From Saprolegnia diclina VS20 (taxonomy: Eukaryota), in contig NW_008246096.1 of assembly GCF_000281045.1 (NCBI RefSeq), forward strand, positions 588,497-652,496: a stretch of DNA of 64,000 nt, written 5' to 3'. Both the position numbers and the translations under genes were made by a program. Shown piece by piece: positions 1 to 12,543 of this stretch (within the stretch, counting starts at the first letter, position 1; each line of letters begins with the position of its first letter). A model generated the notes under the pieces. That model saw only the letters and a list, made by a program, of their open reading frames with translations. It was not told the origin of the DNA and did no database searches.

Positions 1-2752
1 GACGAGCCCGCGATCAAGGCGTCGTTCGAGATCTCGATGGCGACGCCTGTGCACCTCACGGCCATCTCCAACATGCACGTGCTCTCGACCGCGATCCGCC
101 CGTCCCCGTACATCCACAACGCGACGGAGAAGGTGTGGCAGTTTGCCGAGACGCCCATCATGTCGACATACTTGGTACGTGCATTCGAATATACGTCGAT
201 TACCACCAACGGTTGTCGATCGTAGGTTGCGCTCGTTGTCGGCGAGTTTGACAGTCTCTCGGCCTACTCGCGCGAAGGCGTCCTTGTCAACGTGTACACG
301 CCCGTGGGGAAGAGCAACCAAGGCGAATTTGCTCTCTCGGGTACGCTTCATGACCTCTTGTAATGTGGTCTCTTATTCTTATCCTGATATAGTCGCGACC
401 GAGTCGCTTTCGTTCTTCACGAAGACTTTTGGCCTCGAGTACCCTCTCAAGAAGCTCGACATGCTTGCGATCCCCGACTTTGCAGCTGGCGCCATGGAGA
501 ACTGGGGCTGCGTCACGTATCGCGAAGAGGCGCTTTTGATTGAACCCAGTACGCGCGCACGTACACCAAAGGACGTGATTGATGAATATTCTTGCTGTAG
601 GCCAGAGCAGCCAAGACAGCAAGTCGCGGGTCGCACTCACGGTCGCGCATGAGCTCGCGCACCAGTGGTTCGGGAACCTCGTGACGATGGAGTGGTGGAC
701 TGGCCTTTGGCTGAACGAAGGCTTTGCGCACTTTATGGAGTACGAGGCCGTGAACGCGATCTTCCCCGAGTGGAAGATGTGGGAAAACTTCATCCAGGAA
801 GTCACGCTCGGCGCAGCGTTCCGCGAAGACGCCTTGCTGAGGTAGACTCATGTGCTTCGATACATGACACACTCAGCGTCTTCTTAGCTCGCACATGATC
901 GAGGTCGAAGTCAACCACCCGGACGAAGCCGACGAAATTTTCGACGCGATTTCGTATTGCAAGGGTACGCATTGCTGGCAACCACTTTTCTCATGCCCAC
1001 TCTGCGCAGGCGCGAGCATCATTCGCATGCTCTGCGAGTATCTCGGTCAAGATGTCTTTTACAAGGGCATCCAGGCCTACTTGAAGCAGTAGGCTCGTCT
1101 GACAGGACCGATCGGATGGTATACTTTGGACGGTGATTAGGTTTAGCTACCAGAACGCAGTGACGTTTGACCTCTGGCACGCGCTCGAAGAAGCTTCGGG
1201 GCTTCCGCTCGCGACGATGATGAACACGTGGACCAAGCAGACCGGGTACCCCGTCGTGACGCTCACGTGTGGCGAGGTAGGTGTCGCTTTCGTCTCGTTC
1301 CAGTATAAATGGTGCCCGATGATAGGAGCTCACCGTGAAGCAAACGCGCTTCTTCTCCAACCCGTCGACGCAGGACGACGGCGACAGCCGCTGGGACATT
1401 CCGCTGACGGTTGTCTACGACGAAGCCGAGAGTGCCACCGTCCACCGTGTTGGTATTTGGTCGGCGGGCGATGCGCCGCGCGACGAGGCCGGTGAAATTG
1501 CCGCGGCCAGCGACCTCTTGGCCAACGACGAGCTAAAGCGTGCGTCGTGGGTCAAGCTGAACGCGCATTCCCAGGGCTTCTACGTCGACAACTACTGTTC
1601 CGAGGGGTGGCGCCGCCTCCAGGCGCCGTGCCAGCGTATGCCAAGAGTTCCAATTCCTTTTGTGGTTGACACGCATCGTAGAGCTCGTGCTCGGTGATGT
1701 CGAGCGCATGTGCTTGCTCAACAACGTGTTTACGCTCACGCGAGCCGGCCGTGTCGCTCTCAGCGATGCGATGGCATTTGCCCGCGCGTTCGCGGCCGAC
1801 CCGAGCTACCTCGCATGGAAGACGCTCTCGGGCCACCTCGGCTTTTACGCCAAGCTCTTTGCGGACGAAGCATTCTTTCCGGCTCTCCAAAGCTACATTG
1901 CTGGTCTCTTTCAGCAGCCGATGGGCCATTTGACATGGACGTCGCTGCCGTCGGACGACGACAACTCGGCGTACTTCCGCAAGGCCGTCATCTCGATGCT
2001 CGGCCTCGCGCGCGACCATGGTACGTGCTTGTACTCGTGTGTACGGTCACTGACGTTCTATTAGCGGTGGTAACTGCTGCGGAGCAGCACTTCCAGACGT
2101 TTGTCGCGACGCCAACGTAAGGGTCCAAGGATGCGCATACAATGTGCTGATGACATCTGCGTGTAGGGGGTCGCCGTTGGCGTCGGACTTGCGTAGCTGT
2201 GTGCTCGACTTGGTGGCCGCCGTGCACGCGTCGCCGGTCGTGTACGACCAGCTTCGCACACTGTACGAGTCGGTGGACCTCGGTGAGTTCAAGCTCGACT
2301 GTCTCTGCGCGATGGGCCAAATCCCGTCCAAGCGCCTCGAGACGCTTCAGTGGGCGCTCAGCGGGTCGCATGTGCGCGCGCAGGACATTCAGTACGCGTT
2401 CAACAGCATTGCGCGCCAGAGCCAGGCCGGTACGGAGATGGCGTGGGGCTACATCCAAGAGCACTGGGACGAGCTCAACACCAAGTACATCCCGAGCAAG
2501 GTATGGTTTTCGTTTGATTTTGCAGCGAATACATTCATCGACGTCATGTAGATTGGGTCGATTGTGTGCTTGACGATCCGCCACTTTCACACGGACGCCA
2601 AGGCCGACGAGATCGCAACGTTCTTTGCGACACACAAGCACTCGGCCTTCAAGCGCAAGCTCGACACGACGCTCGAAGAGATCCGCACCAAGGCGGCGAC
2701 GTACGCGCGCGACGTGGCGGCCATGGGCGACTACCTCGCATCGCTCGCCTAA
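1..2752 (+). CDS. M1-family (puromycin-sensitive-like) zinc aminopeptidase, multi-exon, 5' end outside window
   Basis: Spliced reading gives [11 protein letters not shown]..., [25 protein letters not shown] (GAMEN), [29 protein letters not shown] (HEXXH-x18-E), [21 protein letters not shown] and WVKLN. Many ~50-nt GT-AG introns. Stop TAA at 2750-2752. Confidence 0.95.
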
Positions 2753-3502
2753 GCCGATCCTCGATCCATGGAGCGCGCGATGCCGGACGACGACGTTATG
2801 CCTCTAGTCCTGCAGGAACGACCGTGAATTCACCAACAAATAACATGGTCTATGCAACACTGAAGACGGATAGTGTCGTGCGATCGAGCAAAACAGCCGA
2901 TACGGAGAATGCAGGTCGTCACAGATGCTGGCCCTCGTGGTGTGACGTGATTGCGATGCTGACGGGACCAGCCTCGCCACACAGAACGCGATACTGTGAC
3001 ACAACAACCAAGACTTTGGCGAATTGCCCCAGAAGCTGCGGTGAACCACTGGAGGACTGAGTAAAGTAGCCGAGATCAATTGGTGGAACATGCTATTTGA
3101 GGCCAGAAAAGTTGTCGCTGTCCAGGCAATTTCGTTCCACGGAACGCGGATCGACTGGACAGCACCCCCATGGCTGCCTTGGCGCTTTCCCAGCACAGTG
3201 CAAAGCGACAAGAGAATTTGAAACGGTCGAGGTCGCCCGACGTTCCCAGTGCTTGTATTCGCTCCCGTGCAGGCCTCGAGGCAGAGGTGAAGCCCGCCGA
3301 CGTCCAGTCTCGGCGAGTGGCTGAACGCACGCGGCTTCGTGCGCGCATGAGGCGCTGTCCATCAAAGCGATGTCACGACGATCGAAGGCTCCATCTTCGG
3401 TGCGATGTGATTGGCTCGAAATTATGTTGATGGGATGAGGTTTGTGATGATGGGATGCGAGGGCATTAGGACCCCGTCAACAGTTCGGCTGAGCTCGCGG
3501 TC

Positions 3503-3538
3503 GTGATTGGCCAAAATGCATAAAACGAGGCCAATCAC
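3503..3538. promoter_or_regulatory. Inverted pair of CCAAT boxes upstream of the first bZIP gene
   Basis: GTGATTGGCC (3503-3512) and its exact reverse complement GGCCAATCAC (3529-3538) lie ~70-100 nt upstream of the ATG at 3605. A further GTGATTGGC is at 3407-3415. Confidence 0.55.
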
Positions 3539-3604
3539 ATCATCATTTGGACGGGAAATTGCCTGCCGGCTGTCATGCTTAGTTTTCCAGGTTCTCGAAC
3601 GACG

Positions 3605-4489
3605 ATGGCCGACCACCGGCGCTTGATGGTGCCCGACAACTCGCGCGCGGTCGTCGAGATCGAGCGCTCCAAGCAGGCGGCGGCGCGCGCCGTCCTCCTC
3701 GAGAAGCGCAACATTCGCCGCAACCAAAGCAAGATGAACCAGCGCCGGTACCGCGCCGAGCAGAAGGGCCACCTCTCGTCGCTCGAGACGCAGGTGGGCA
3801 GCCTCTCGAACGAGGTCGCGCGCCTCGAGGGCCGCCTCGAGTACCTCCAGCGCGCCGTCTCCAACCTCTACGCCGACGAGATGAACATCGTGTGCCAGTT
3901 CTTTGTGCACTTTGCGAATGGGTTGCAGCTCGACGCGGGCCCGCAACACGACTTTTTGCGTACGATCACGGCCGACAACCTCCTGTACCTTGGCCAAGTA
4001 CGTGTGGTTTTACCACGTTTTATTCCCCGCAGCTTGTTATTTATGCTGCGATAGGCAAGTCGAACCAAGCTCATCGAGCAGCTCGAGGGCTACTCGTGCC
4101 AGTTTGCGTCGTTTCAGATGCAGTGCACGCTCATCGAAGGCCTGCCCCACGCCAGCTCGGACAAGCTCCTCAAAGCCCACGCCGAGCTGCAGCTGGGCAT
4201 CACCCCCAGCACCATCCAAGCTGTCTTCCCGCATGTACATCCGGACCTCGCGTCCAAGCTCACGGGCAAAAGCCTCCGCGTCTCGATGATGTTCGTCTTT
4301 TGCTTTGACGTCGACGGCATCGTGTACCGTCTCGACTCGGCGGCCGAGCTCGTCGCTGCGCTGGCGCTGCTTGTCTCGAGCGTTGAAGAGGCGCTTCTCG
4401 TCCTCGAGGGCTCGCTGCTCACGGCGCATGGCGAGATTCTCGTGAGACGAGCAGCACCGTCGAGCACAAGTACCCCGAGGGCCCGATGA
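3605..4489 (+). CDS. Oomycete-type bZIP transcription factor with conserved C-terminal domain (array member 1)
   Basis: Basic region RRNQSKMNQRRYR is followed by the heptad zipper LSSLETQVGSLSNEVARLEGRLEYL. One phase-0 intron (3998-4054) joins LGQ|ASRTKLIEQL in frame. Stop TGA at 4487-4489. Confidence 0.85.
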
Positions 4490-6539
4490 CCGCCCGATGC
4501 GCACCAAATCAGATTACGGTGGCGGTACGCGATTTGATTGGCCTTCAGGGTAAGTTTAACGTATTTAACCTCAAGTACGTTTATTATGTAAAACGGAGGT
4601 GCGAGAGGTTGCACCAGTCTATGTGCCGCCATTTGTCGTCTCGTTTTTGTCCATTATGTAAGAAAGCAAAACATAATATTCATTTATGAATTGCGTGTTA
4701 TCGGACATTCGCTTGAACGACGGACTATCCCGACTTTCCAACTGCTTTGGGTTTTGCCCAGGCGCTCGTGTTTTGCTCCTGAGGTTTTTTCATATGCGCC
4801 ATGTCAAAGTCTTCGACGCTGTCATCGTACTGCTTCCTCGGCTTTCATTGATGACCTCGCCCAGGGTCAACCTATCGGTATCCCGCTTGGCGACGAGACG
4901 CTGATCTACCCGCCAAGGACCTGCGTGCTAACGCTACCTCCGCCCGGATGTCTGACTCCGCCTTCGTCCGAGTTTTAGGGCCGCCCACGCTCATGCCACC
5001 ATGCGTCCTGCACCACGATTGGTCCATTTTGGTTGCTAAACCTTGGTGGCGAGGACAAAATTGACTTGACGCGTCGTTCTGGGCCAGTCGATGGGTAGTC
5101 GGCCGACTAATCTCAGAAGCCGCCATGTAGTAAAGAGCAACGAACGCACGCCGTCGGTCGATGTGTGGTGTCAACGCATCCGTCATGCGTCAATCTCGGG
5201 GATCGTAAAATATAATACCGGATGGCAACGAAGATTTGGGGGGCATTGTGGTCGTGCGAGATGGTTCGCTGCGGCAATGCTGTTCTTATGCAACATGACC
5301 TGCTTGGTGACGTCGGGCATGGAGTAGATGGTGGCCCTGTCTCTCGTCGGCAGTTTCGTTTGCATAATGGGGCGCGAACACCCCTAATGGGGTGCGCGTC
5401 TTTGCATGGCAAACATAATGAGCTTGTTCACTAGTATAAGGCAGCGGGCAACTTGACCCCGCCCCGGTCCTCAATGATATCAGGATTCGAAGCTTCCAGC
5501 AGAGCACGATTGCTGCCGGCTGGATCCGTCAGCCAAAATGCACCGACATCATGCAAAGAAGTGCCGTTTCCAAGAAGTGGAAGAGGTTTTCCGCGCAAGG
5601 CCGAGCGTTCTAGAAGACCAAGATATGGAAGCACGCACACGTTACAAGATCCAGGCGCAGAGCAAGCGGCTCGAGCCATCCGGATGGCATCCGGGGACTA
5701 CCAATTAGGTGGTGGGCGAAATCCCGCACGCGCATCAGTCTAAAATCGTCGTAACACTGCCTTTGGGCACCCGCATTGGCTGATTTTTGGCCAAATGCAA
5801 GACTCGGCGAGTGGGGTCCACCACGGGATGGACCTCTCCGTACGCAGCTCACCCCCAACGACCAAGTGCTGGAGCCAACTCCCCCACGCAGTCAGGCGTA
5901 GCGCTACGTATGCGAAGTCTTTGTGTCATAATGAAGATAACGCGGAACACGTTCATATATATATAAATGTAACACCCGCATTGGTCTAAAAGAAATAATT
6001 CAGTATCACGATGTTCGAAGCCGTTAGATCGCGATCTTCGCGCAAGCGTTTTGGCGCTTCAGCACACTCGTGCTTGGCGACATGGAGCGCGAGTGAGCTT
6101 GCTTTACTGCCGCTCAGAGCCGCTCAGTGAAAGCCGCGACCCAATAGGGCTTGACGGTCAGTCCATCGTTCTTCTTCAGTGGTCAGTGCTTCGATCGATT
6201 CCACGGGTAGCTGCCAGCCTTGCCACACGCATCAACGCGAGCTACGGTCTCGCGATCCTCATGAGCAATACGTACACTAGACAGTACATGATGCTCAAGA
6301 AGTTCGTCGCGAACTATGAGCTCCTGTAGGGTAGTGATAACTAGAGACTCTACGAGCTGCCATATCGGGTCGCACACAGGGCATTACTATCGAAGAAAGG
6401 TAGCAGCATCATTGCGTAAGCACAGATTGCTGGGTTGATGATCTCCGCGAGTAAACGCTCGAGTTCAATACCCAGCTCTCTGGACTCGGCGCCAACTATT
6501 CTAATTGGTCAAAAAACCTGCGTGAGCGGGCCAAACTGA

Positions 6540-6582
6540 CCAGTGCGGGTGTTGCGTTCGTGCAGTGCAACACCCGCATTGG
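6540..6582. repeat. 16-bp inverted repeat (15/16 match, 11-nt loop) containing the recurrent motif CACCCGCATTGG
   Basis: CCAGTGCGGGTGTTGC (6540-6555) versus GCAACACCCGCATTGG (6567-6582). The same 12-mer occurs at 5768-5779 and 5973-5984. Confidence 0.75.
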
Positions 6583-7947
6583 CTACAAGGTTTTTACGCT
6601 CGTTCATTGGTAGAAATTAGAGTTTATAGGCGCATTCAAAGGGTGCCACACAGGTTTACAAAAACCAGCATGAAAACCATGCACGGCATGTTTAAAGGAG
6701 CACCTGCCATGAGCTCTCGCCGCGGCGCGCAGAGTACCGCTTGCACAAGATCGCCACGTCATATCGAACTTCTCCTTTTCTTCTCTTTCTTCGATTTAAC
6801 AGGCACACGTGGTTATAGTCCCACCATGTAAAGGGTAGTCATCAGCCATCCACCAATTTGTAGTATCAGTCAAAAGCTAACCGCCTCGCCCACCTCTGGC
6901 ATGGCGGACACCATCACGGTTGTTGCCCCCAAGTAGCTCGGTCTTGATTGAGGAAGTGCGTTTGCATGCGATCAACACAAGTCTCTGTTCCACGGCACTT
7001 GGTTCAAATGCGCGAGTCGGCACGCACAGAGGTAGTCAAAGATTGCGTCGCAACTGCGATGCAGGTGGTGCGACAAAGCCCTGGTCCGGCATCGGTTCAT
7101 TCTGTTGTGTGAATTTTGACGATGAGCTCGGCCACATCAAAACACTTGTTGCGCCAAGCCAGCGCATTCAAGGTACGCCACTTCAGACGGACACTATAAT
7201 ATGTACTGGCTCGCATCTGGGCACTCAGGCAACCCCGTAGTTCCAACCACACAAAAGCTTTTTCAAGAAAGCCGCCTACTGCGAGTATCAGTTGCGGACT
7301 GGTGCAGCGAGCGAGATCTGTATTCGATCTGGACTCATATCACGAAGAAGCTCCATCAAGCGCAGACCGCAACTTGGACTGTGACGGGCTGCGAACCGAT
7401 CGCTATCGTGAACGAAACCAGCCACCATGCACTTCATCATCTCAGCACGCTCTCGGCAGTTCTTTCGTCACGTCGCTGCATCGTTTGTATGGCCAGTAAT
7501 AAACTGTCTCGTTCTCGTCCCGTTCTCGTCCAGCGGCCTTGGTTTCTCTAGGTTGTATTCGGCTCCTTGCCAGATCAACCCACCGCAGTGTTTAGTAGCT
7601 CCCAGTTTAGAGTCATCATGGCCGAGGCCCCTGTCCATGCTAGTACGTTGTCTCACTTCATCGACCCGACACCAGCGACACCAGCAGTGAGCAGTGACGT
7701 GCGAAATTCCACTCGTGGTATCGGTACAACATGCGCCACCCGAAGCGCAATGAGAAAACGATGACGAGAACGGCGAACCGCTCGGCTGTATCCGGAGGAG
7801 GTGGCGTTTAACGCGAAAAACGCGTTTTATCTGCTTGGCGAGAAAGTGGTAAAATACCCGTGTCTATGCACTGGCAATATGTTCACTTTTTCGAAAGCAA
7901 AGCACGGAGACACGGAGGTTACCAGTGTCAATATTGGTGCCGAGTGC

Positions 7948-8763
7948 ATGGATCTCGACCGCGTCTTGTCCGTGACCACGGACGTCGTCGAGCTCAAGCG
8001 GCTTCGTAACCAGGTCCACCAGCAGCGCTATCGCCAGAAGAAGAAGCGCTTGGTCGGGCAGCTCGAGCGCCAGGTTGTCGACCTCCGTGCGACCGTCGAC
8101 CATCTCCACCTGCGATGGCGGCGCTTGCAAGAAGAGAAGAGAGCCTTGTCGGCGCCTGCGCTCACAAGCGACGGCAGCGCCCGCCTCGTGCACACGTACT
8201 ACACGCTCTTTGAGCACGGCCGCGGGACGGGCGCTGCGGGCCTCGACCAAATCGCGTTCCTGCGCTCCGTGATGGCACCCGACTTGGATTTTATGGACGA
8301 CAAGGTACCCCACATTAACAGCCTCGTCGGCGCGAATGCATATGCACGTGCGTAGGTAGATGGCCTGGCCAAGCTTGTCCAGCAGTGGGACGTCTACTCG
8401 TGGGTCTTTCCTGCGCTGCAGCTCACGGCGCTCCACGTCGAGGCGCCGATTATCACCGACGACCAAGAAATTGTCCATGCGCACGTCACTTTACAGCTGC
8501 AACTCTCGCCGACGGCCATCGAGACGATTTACCCGGCCTTGCCGCCGAAGGAGGCCGCGCTCGTGGTTGGGCGCGACCTTCTCGTGCCGATTTCGATGCA
8601 TTTTTATATCAACGCGGCAACGCGTCAAGTGTGCGCGCTGACGACGCACGCTGACATTGCTGTCGCTGCGTTCAAGCTGCTTGGCGACCTCCGCGCCAGC
8701 ACAACCGTCCTCGAACGCTCACCGCTGCGCCATAACGCCGAGCTGAACGTCATGCAACTGTAA
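7948..8763 (+). CDS. Oomycete-type bZIP transcription factor (array member 2)
   Basis: KRLRNQVHQQRYRQKKK plus zipper LERQVVDLRATVDHL. Intron 8305-8355 joins FMDDK|VDGLAKLVQQW. C-terminal IETIYPAL...VGRDLLVP motif. Stop TAA at 8761-8763. Confidence 0.85.
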
Positions 8764-9681
8764 TGCTACGACCGCGTGTATTATTCGACTGCATTTGCGT
8801 GCGCTCCACGAGCGAGCAGCGAGATGCTAGCAGCTATAAGGTTGCTTGTAGGAGGTAAGTTGGAGCTCGCATGTATGTAGTAGGTAGTGGGACTCGTTGC
8901 GCACCCACCGCCTCCCATTGTAGACGTTATCGAGGGCCTCAAAGTGCCATGATCACGCGATGTTCCACGCCCCATCCAAATCGGATCACCGCCATGATCC
9001 GTGGCAGTGAACATGCTGTTGAAGCGCAACCGATGTCCAATGCATATTGCGAAATCCTCCCGCCGTTTAAACGTTTAAACGCGTTTTAGTCCGGCCCCAC
9101 CCGACCACCTTTTGAAGCCCATCACCAAACGCGCTCGCAAATCCACACCAAGGCAATAACAGGCTGTTTGATTCCGTTGATCTACACCAACATTCATATA
9201 TAACCCGAAAGCAAAATCTACACACCTATTCATCTGACTGCGGTCTTGCACGAAGAAGCAAGTCGTTTGCTCTGGTGACGATCGTGTGCCCAACCGGACA
9301 GTGATATCACGTCGTGCAAGGCAACTTTCCAAGTTCATGTCTCGTACAACGGACCAGTTGCCGAGCCCGATTGCAAATTTGTGGGGATTCAAACACGAAA
9401 TTCGACGAAACGCCAACCGTTACGAACGTATCCAGAGGCGAATCTCCAGCGGTTTCGTGCAGTTCGCGCCTGTGCGCACGATGTGCTCATTCTTCTACGA
9501 GAGACGTCGGCGGCCTTCCTCCTCGACTGGATCCATACATATGTATACAGCATTTGCCTCATTTCTGAGCGCTCGAGGGCTGGTCTCGTACCGACCCGAC
9601 GACCAGACACCACACGTAATTCACACGGTTTCACACGTCATTGCGTTTACTGCGAAAAACAGAAGCGACTAGTCGGCGGAT

Positions 9682-10542
9682 ATGACGGAGCGGACGAGGC
9701 GTCGGAGCCAGCCCGTGCGGACGGTCGAGGACGAAGCATGGCAGCGTGTACGGAGCCAGCGCAACCAGCGCCGGTACCGGTCCCGGAAGAAGGTGGCGTT
9801 CGAAGAGCTCGAGGGCCATGTGCTTGCGCTGCGTCGCGACGTGTGCAGCCTCGCCGCGCAGTCCCAGTCGTATCAAGCCGCCGTCGCGCGCCCAGCTGTC
9901 TCGATGACTGTGGCCACGAACATTGCAGTCGAGTACTTTCGCATGTTTGAGTACGGCCTCCGCGGTGCGATACACCCGTCATACAAGGCGCAGACGGGCT
10001 TCCTCACGAGCGTCATGGCACCGGACCTGCATTTCATGGAGGCTTCGGTACGTCGCAAAGTGGCAGTGAACATGTTGAATGAAAGAGCGTAGGACCGAGG
10101 CGTGCACAAGCTCTTTGAACAGCTCGACTTGTACTCGACGCTCTTTGTCTCGCTGCACATGAACTGCGACCGTCTCGACGTCCTCGTCGAAGCTGACGAC
10201 GAAGTCATCGTGCGGGCCCTCGCGGTCCTCGACCTCCGGCTCTCGCGCGCGTCGATCGAAGCTATTTACCCCAATTTAGTTGCGTCCAACGAGCCGCTGG
10301 TCCAATCGCTCGTCGGGCGCCTCTTGCACGTGCCTATTTTAACGCACTTTTACGTCAACATGGAGACGCACAGCGTGCATACGCTTTCGACGACGGCTGA
10401 TATCACGTCAGCAGCAGCCAGCCTCGTGGGCAGCGTCCGCGAGAGTCTCGTGGCCCTTCAGCAGACGCGGCTCCTCGCCAACGCCGAGATCTCAATGCCA
10501 GCGCGGCCTCCGTACGACGACATGTTGCGCCAAGGGTCGTAG
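9682..10542 (+). CDS. Oomycete-type bZIP transcription factor (array member 3)
   Basis: RVRSQRNQRRYRSRKK plus zipper LEGHVLALRRDVCSL, then EYFRMFEYG. Intron 10048-10092 joins FMEAS|DRGVHKLFEQL. Contains LRLSRASIEAIYPNL...LVGRLLHVP. Confidence 0.85.
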
Positions 10543-11760
10543 TAGCGGGCTGTCGACCTACGCACACCACCTATAGTTGACAACACTGCATCGTCAAGCT
10601 GTCTTTTACTGCATTAAGGCTTCGTTCGGTTCGCGGCAATTATTTTTTAATCGATTATATACGAAATCGCCATTATTAATGATTGCGTAAATGAGAATTG
10701 GGTTTGCAGGTCCATTATCGACCAAATCTTGTTCGGTTCGCCAAGAGCAATTATTCCACGCTCATCAAGGACTCGGTCCTTGGTGAAAGCCAGGTCAAAC
10801 GACTGGCGGCAGGCGTGCCAGCCATCGATCGTCCAAGTACTGGGTCCACGGGGTGGAGGCAACGCAGTCACGCGTGACCATGGTTGCATTGCACTAGCTC
10901 TTGCGCTCGGAGTCATGCCATATCGGTGTGTGCGATCGTCCAGAGACTAGCCCTCGTCGTCGACATATGCGTACTGGAAGCGCTCCCGCCCATCGGCGTG
11001 CATCTTGTTGGTCGTGATGTAGAGAGCCATGAGCAACACTTATGTCCTGCGCCAACCTTGCGACCACTAGATACAGTAGACGAAGACCTCACTCCTCCAC
11101 GCGCGCAATAAGATCGAGATCGCTGCATGGGCCCTGCCCGCTACCTGCGCCCAGCGCATCTCGCTACAAGCCTCGAGTAGCTCGCAGTAGACGTGGTCTC
11201 TGTCTGGATGGATGAAGGACATGAGATGGGTTCATGGAGGAGCGCAACGAGTACATGCCGCCATGGCCGCCGCGCTTCGTGACGACCTTGCTTGCATGAC
11301 GACAAATGAAGAATGAGTCGGACCCCAATTTTTGAATAACGGAGTTATGAGCGCTTATTCCAAAAAATCCTACCGAACGCTATCAATTATCACGATAATC
11401 GATCATTCCAAAAATAATCGTGGATGGGGTCAATAATGGCGAAATAAGTCCATTATTCGCCAACCGAACGAAGCCTAAAACATCAGCGTTGTGTGGCGAT
11501 TTCTCATTTTCGGATCCTGGAGCTTCACATGCAAGCACTCTATGCAACGGAAGAAGCAGGAGGCTCTGGAGCGAGGGCAGCCAAGTCATTATCTACCCTT
11601 GGTGCAAGAGCCAAAGTCTAGCAGGAACGGTCGACTTGGCTGTCCCCACGCCGCGCGATTATGGAGGAGGTTCCGAGGATCTCTCGTCAGCCGTGATTCG
11701 GTAACGCCGTTGGAAAGAGTGTTTGTCAGTCGCTGAACGGAAAGAGGTGTCCACAGGCAC

Positions 11761-12543
11761 ATGCCCGAGAGACGCGAGCGCCATCGCAACACGCAGCGGC
11801 GGTACCGCGAGAAGAAGCAGCGATCTCAGCAAGAGCTCATTACTGCTGTCGCGCACTTGACCGACGACAACCGGCGGCTCGAGGCACTGCGGGCACGGCT
11901 CCTCCCTGCCCAAGTCAGGTCCTACGACGCCGCGATGAGCACGGCGCGCGAGTTCATTCGCGTCTTTGAGGTTGGCGTGCGGCCGCCGCCGACCCGCTCG
12001 GACCAGTTTGCATTTTTCCACAGCGTCACCGCACCCGACTTTGCCTTTATGGACGACGTAGGCTGCATGCGGATGATGATGCGTCGGTGTCACATGTGCT
12101 CTATGTAGGCAGACGGCGCGGCCGTCTTCTTTCGGCAGTGGGCAGTCTACGAGCAAACGTTCGCGTCGAGTCGCGTCGTCGCCTTGCACGCCGGCGTCAT
12201 TCGCCTCGAGACGGACGAGGACGTAATCGTGCGCGCGCCAACCACGATGCACCTGCGCCTCTCGCGGGTCTCGATGACAACGATTTACCCGAGCCTAAGC
12301 GACGAAGATGCGACTGTCGAGAGACTCGTCGGCCGCGACTTGGTCGTGCCCATGCTGTGCGTCTTTTACGTGGAGAAGGCCACGTCTCGCATTCAACGCT
12401 TCTCGATCGAAGCGGACGTCGCGGCCGCCGCGCTGCAGCTGCTTGAAAACAACGTGGAGGCCGCCGCACGCGTCCTTCAAGACTCGCGACTGCAGACGTC
12501 GGCCAAGATTGCTGTCGACCCAATCGATGCGAGCAAGATCTGA
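11761..12543 (+). CDS. Oomycete-type bZIP transcription factor (array member 4)
   Basis: RRERHRNTQRRYREKK plus zipper LITAVAHLTDDNRRLEAL. Intron 12058-12108 joins FMDD|ADGAAVFFRQW. Contains LRLSRVSMTTIYPSL...LVGRDLVVP. Confidence 0.85.

Noticed and set aside
6430..6478. SECIS-like ATGA-N11-AAA pattern in a hairpin
   Set aside because: The 3' GA lies only ~5 nt after AAA, too close to form the SECIS helix II and GA quartet, and there is no upstream selenoprotein ORF.
9064..9081. 18-bp perfect palindrome CGTTTAAACGTTTAAACG
   Set aside because: Explained by simple duplication of a palindromic 8-mer, with no supporting context.
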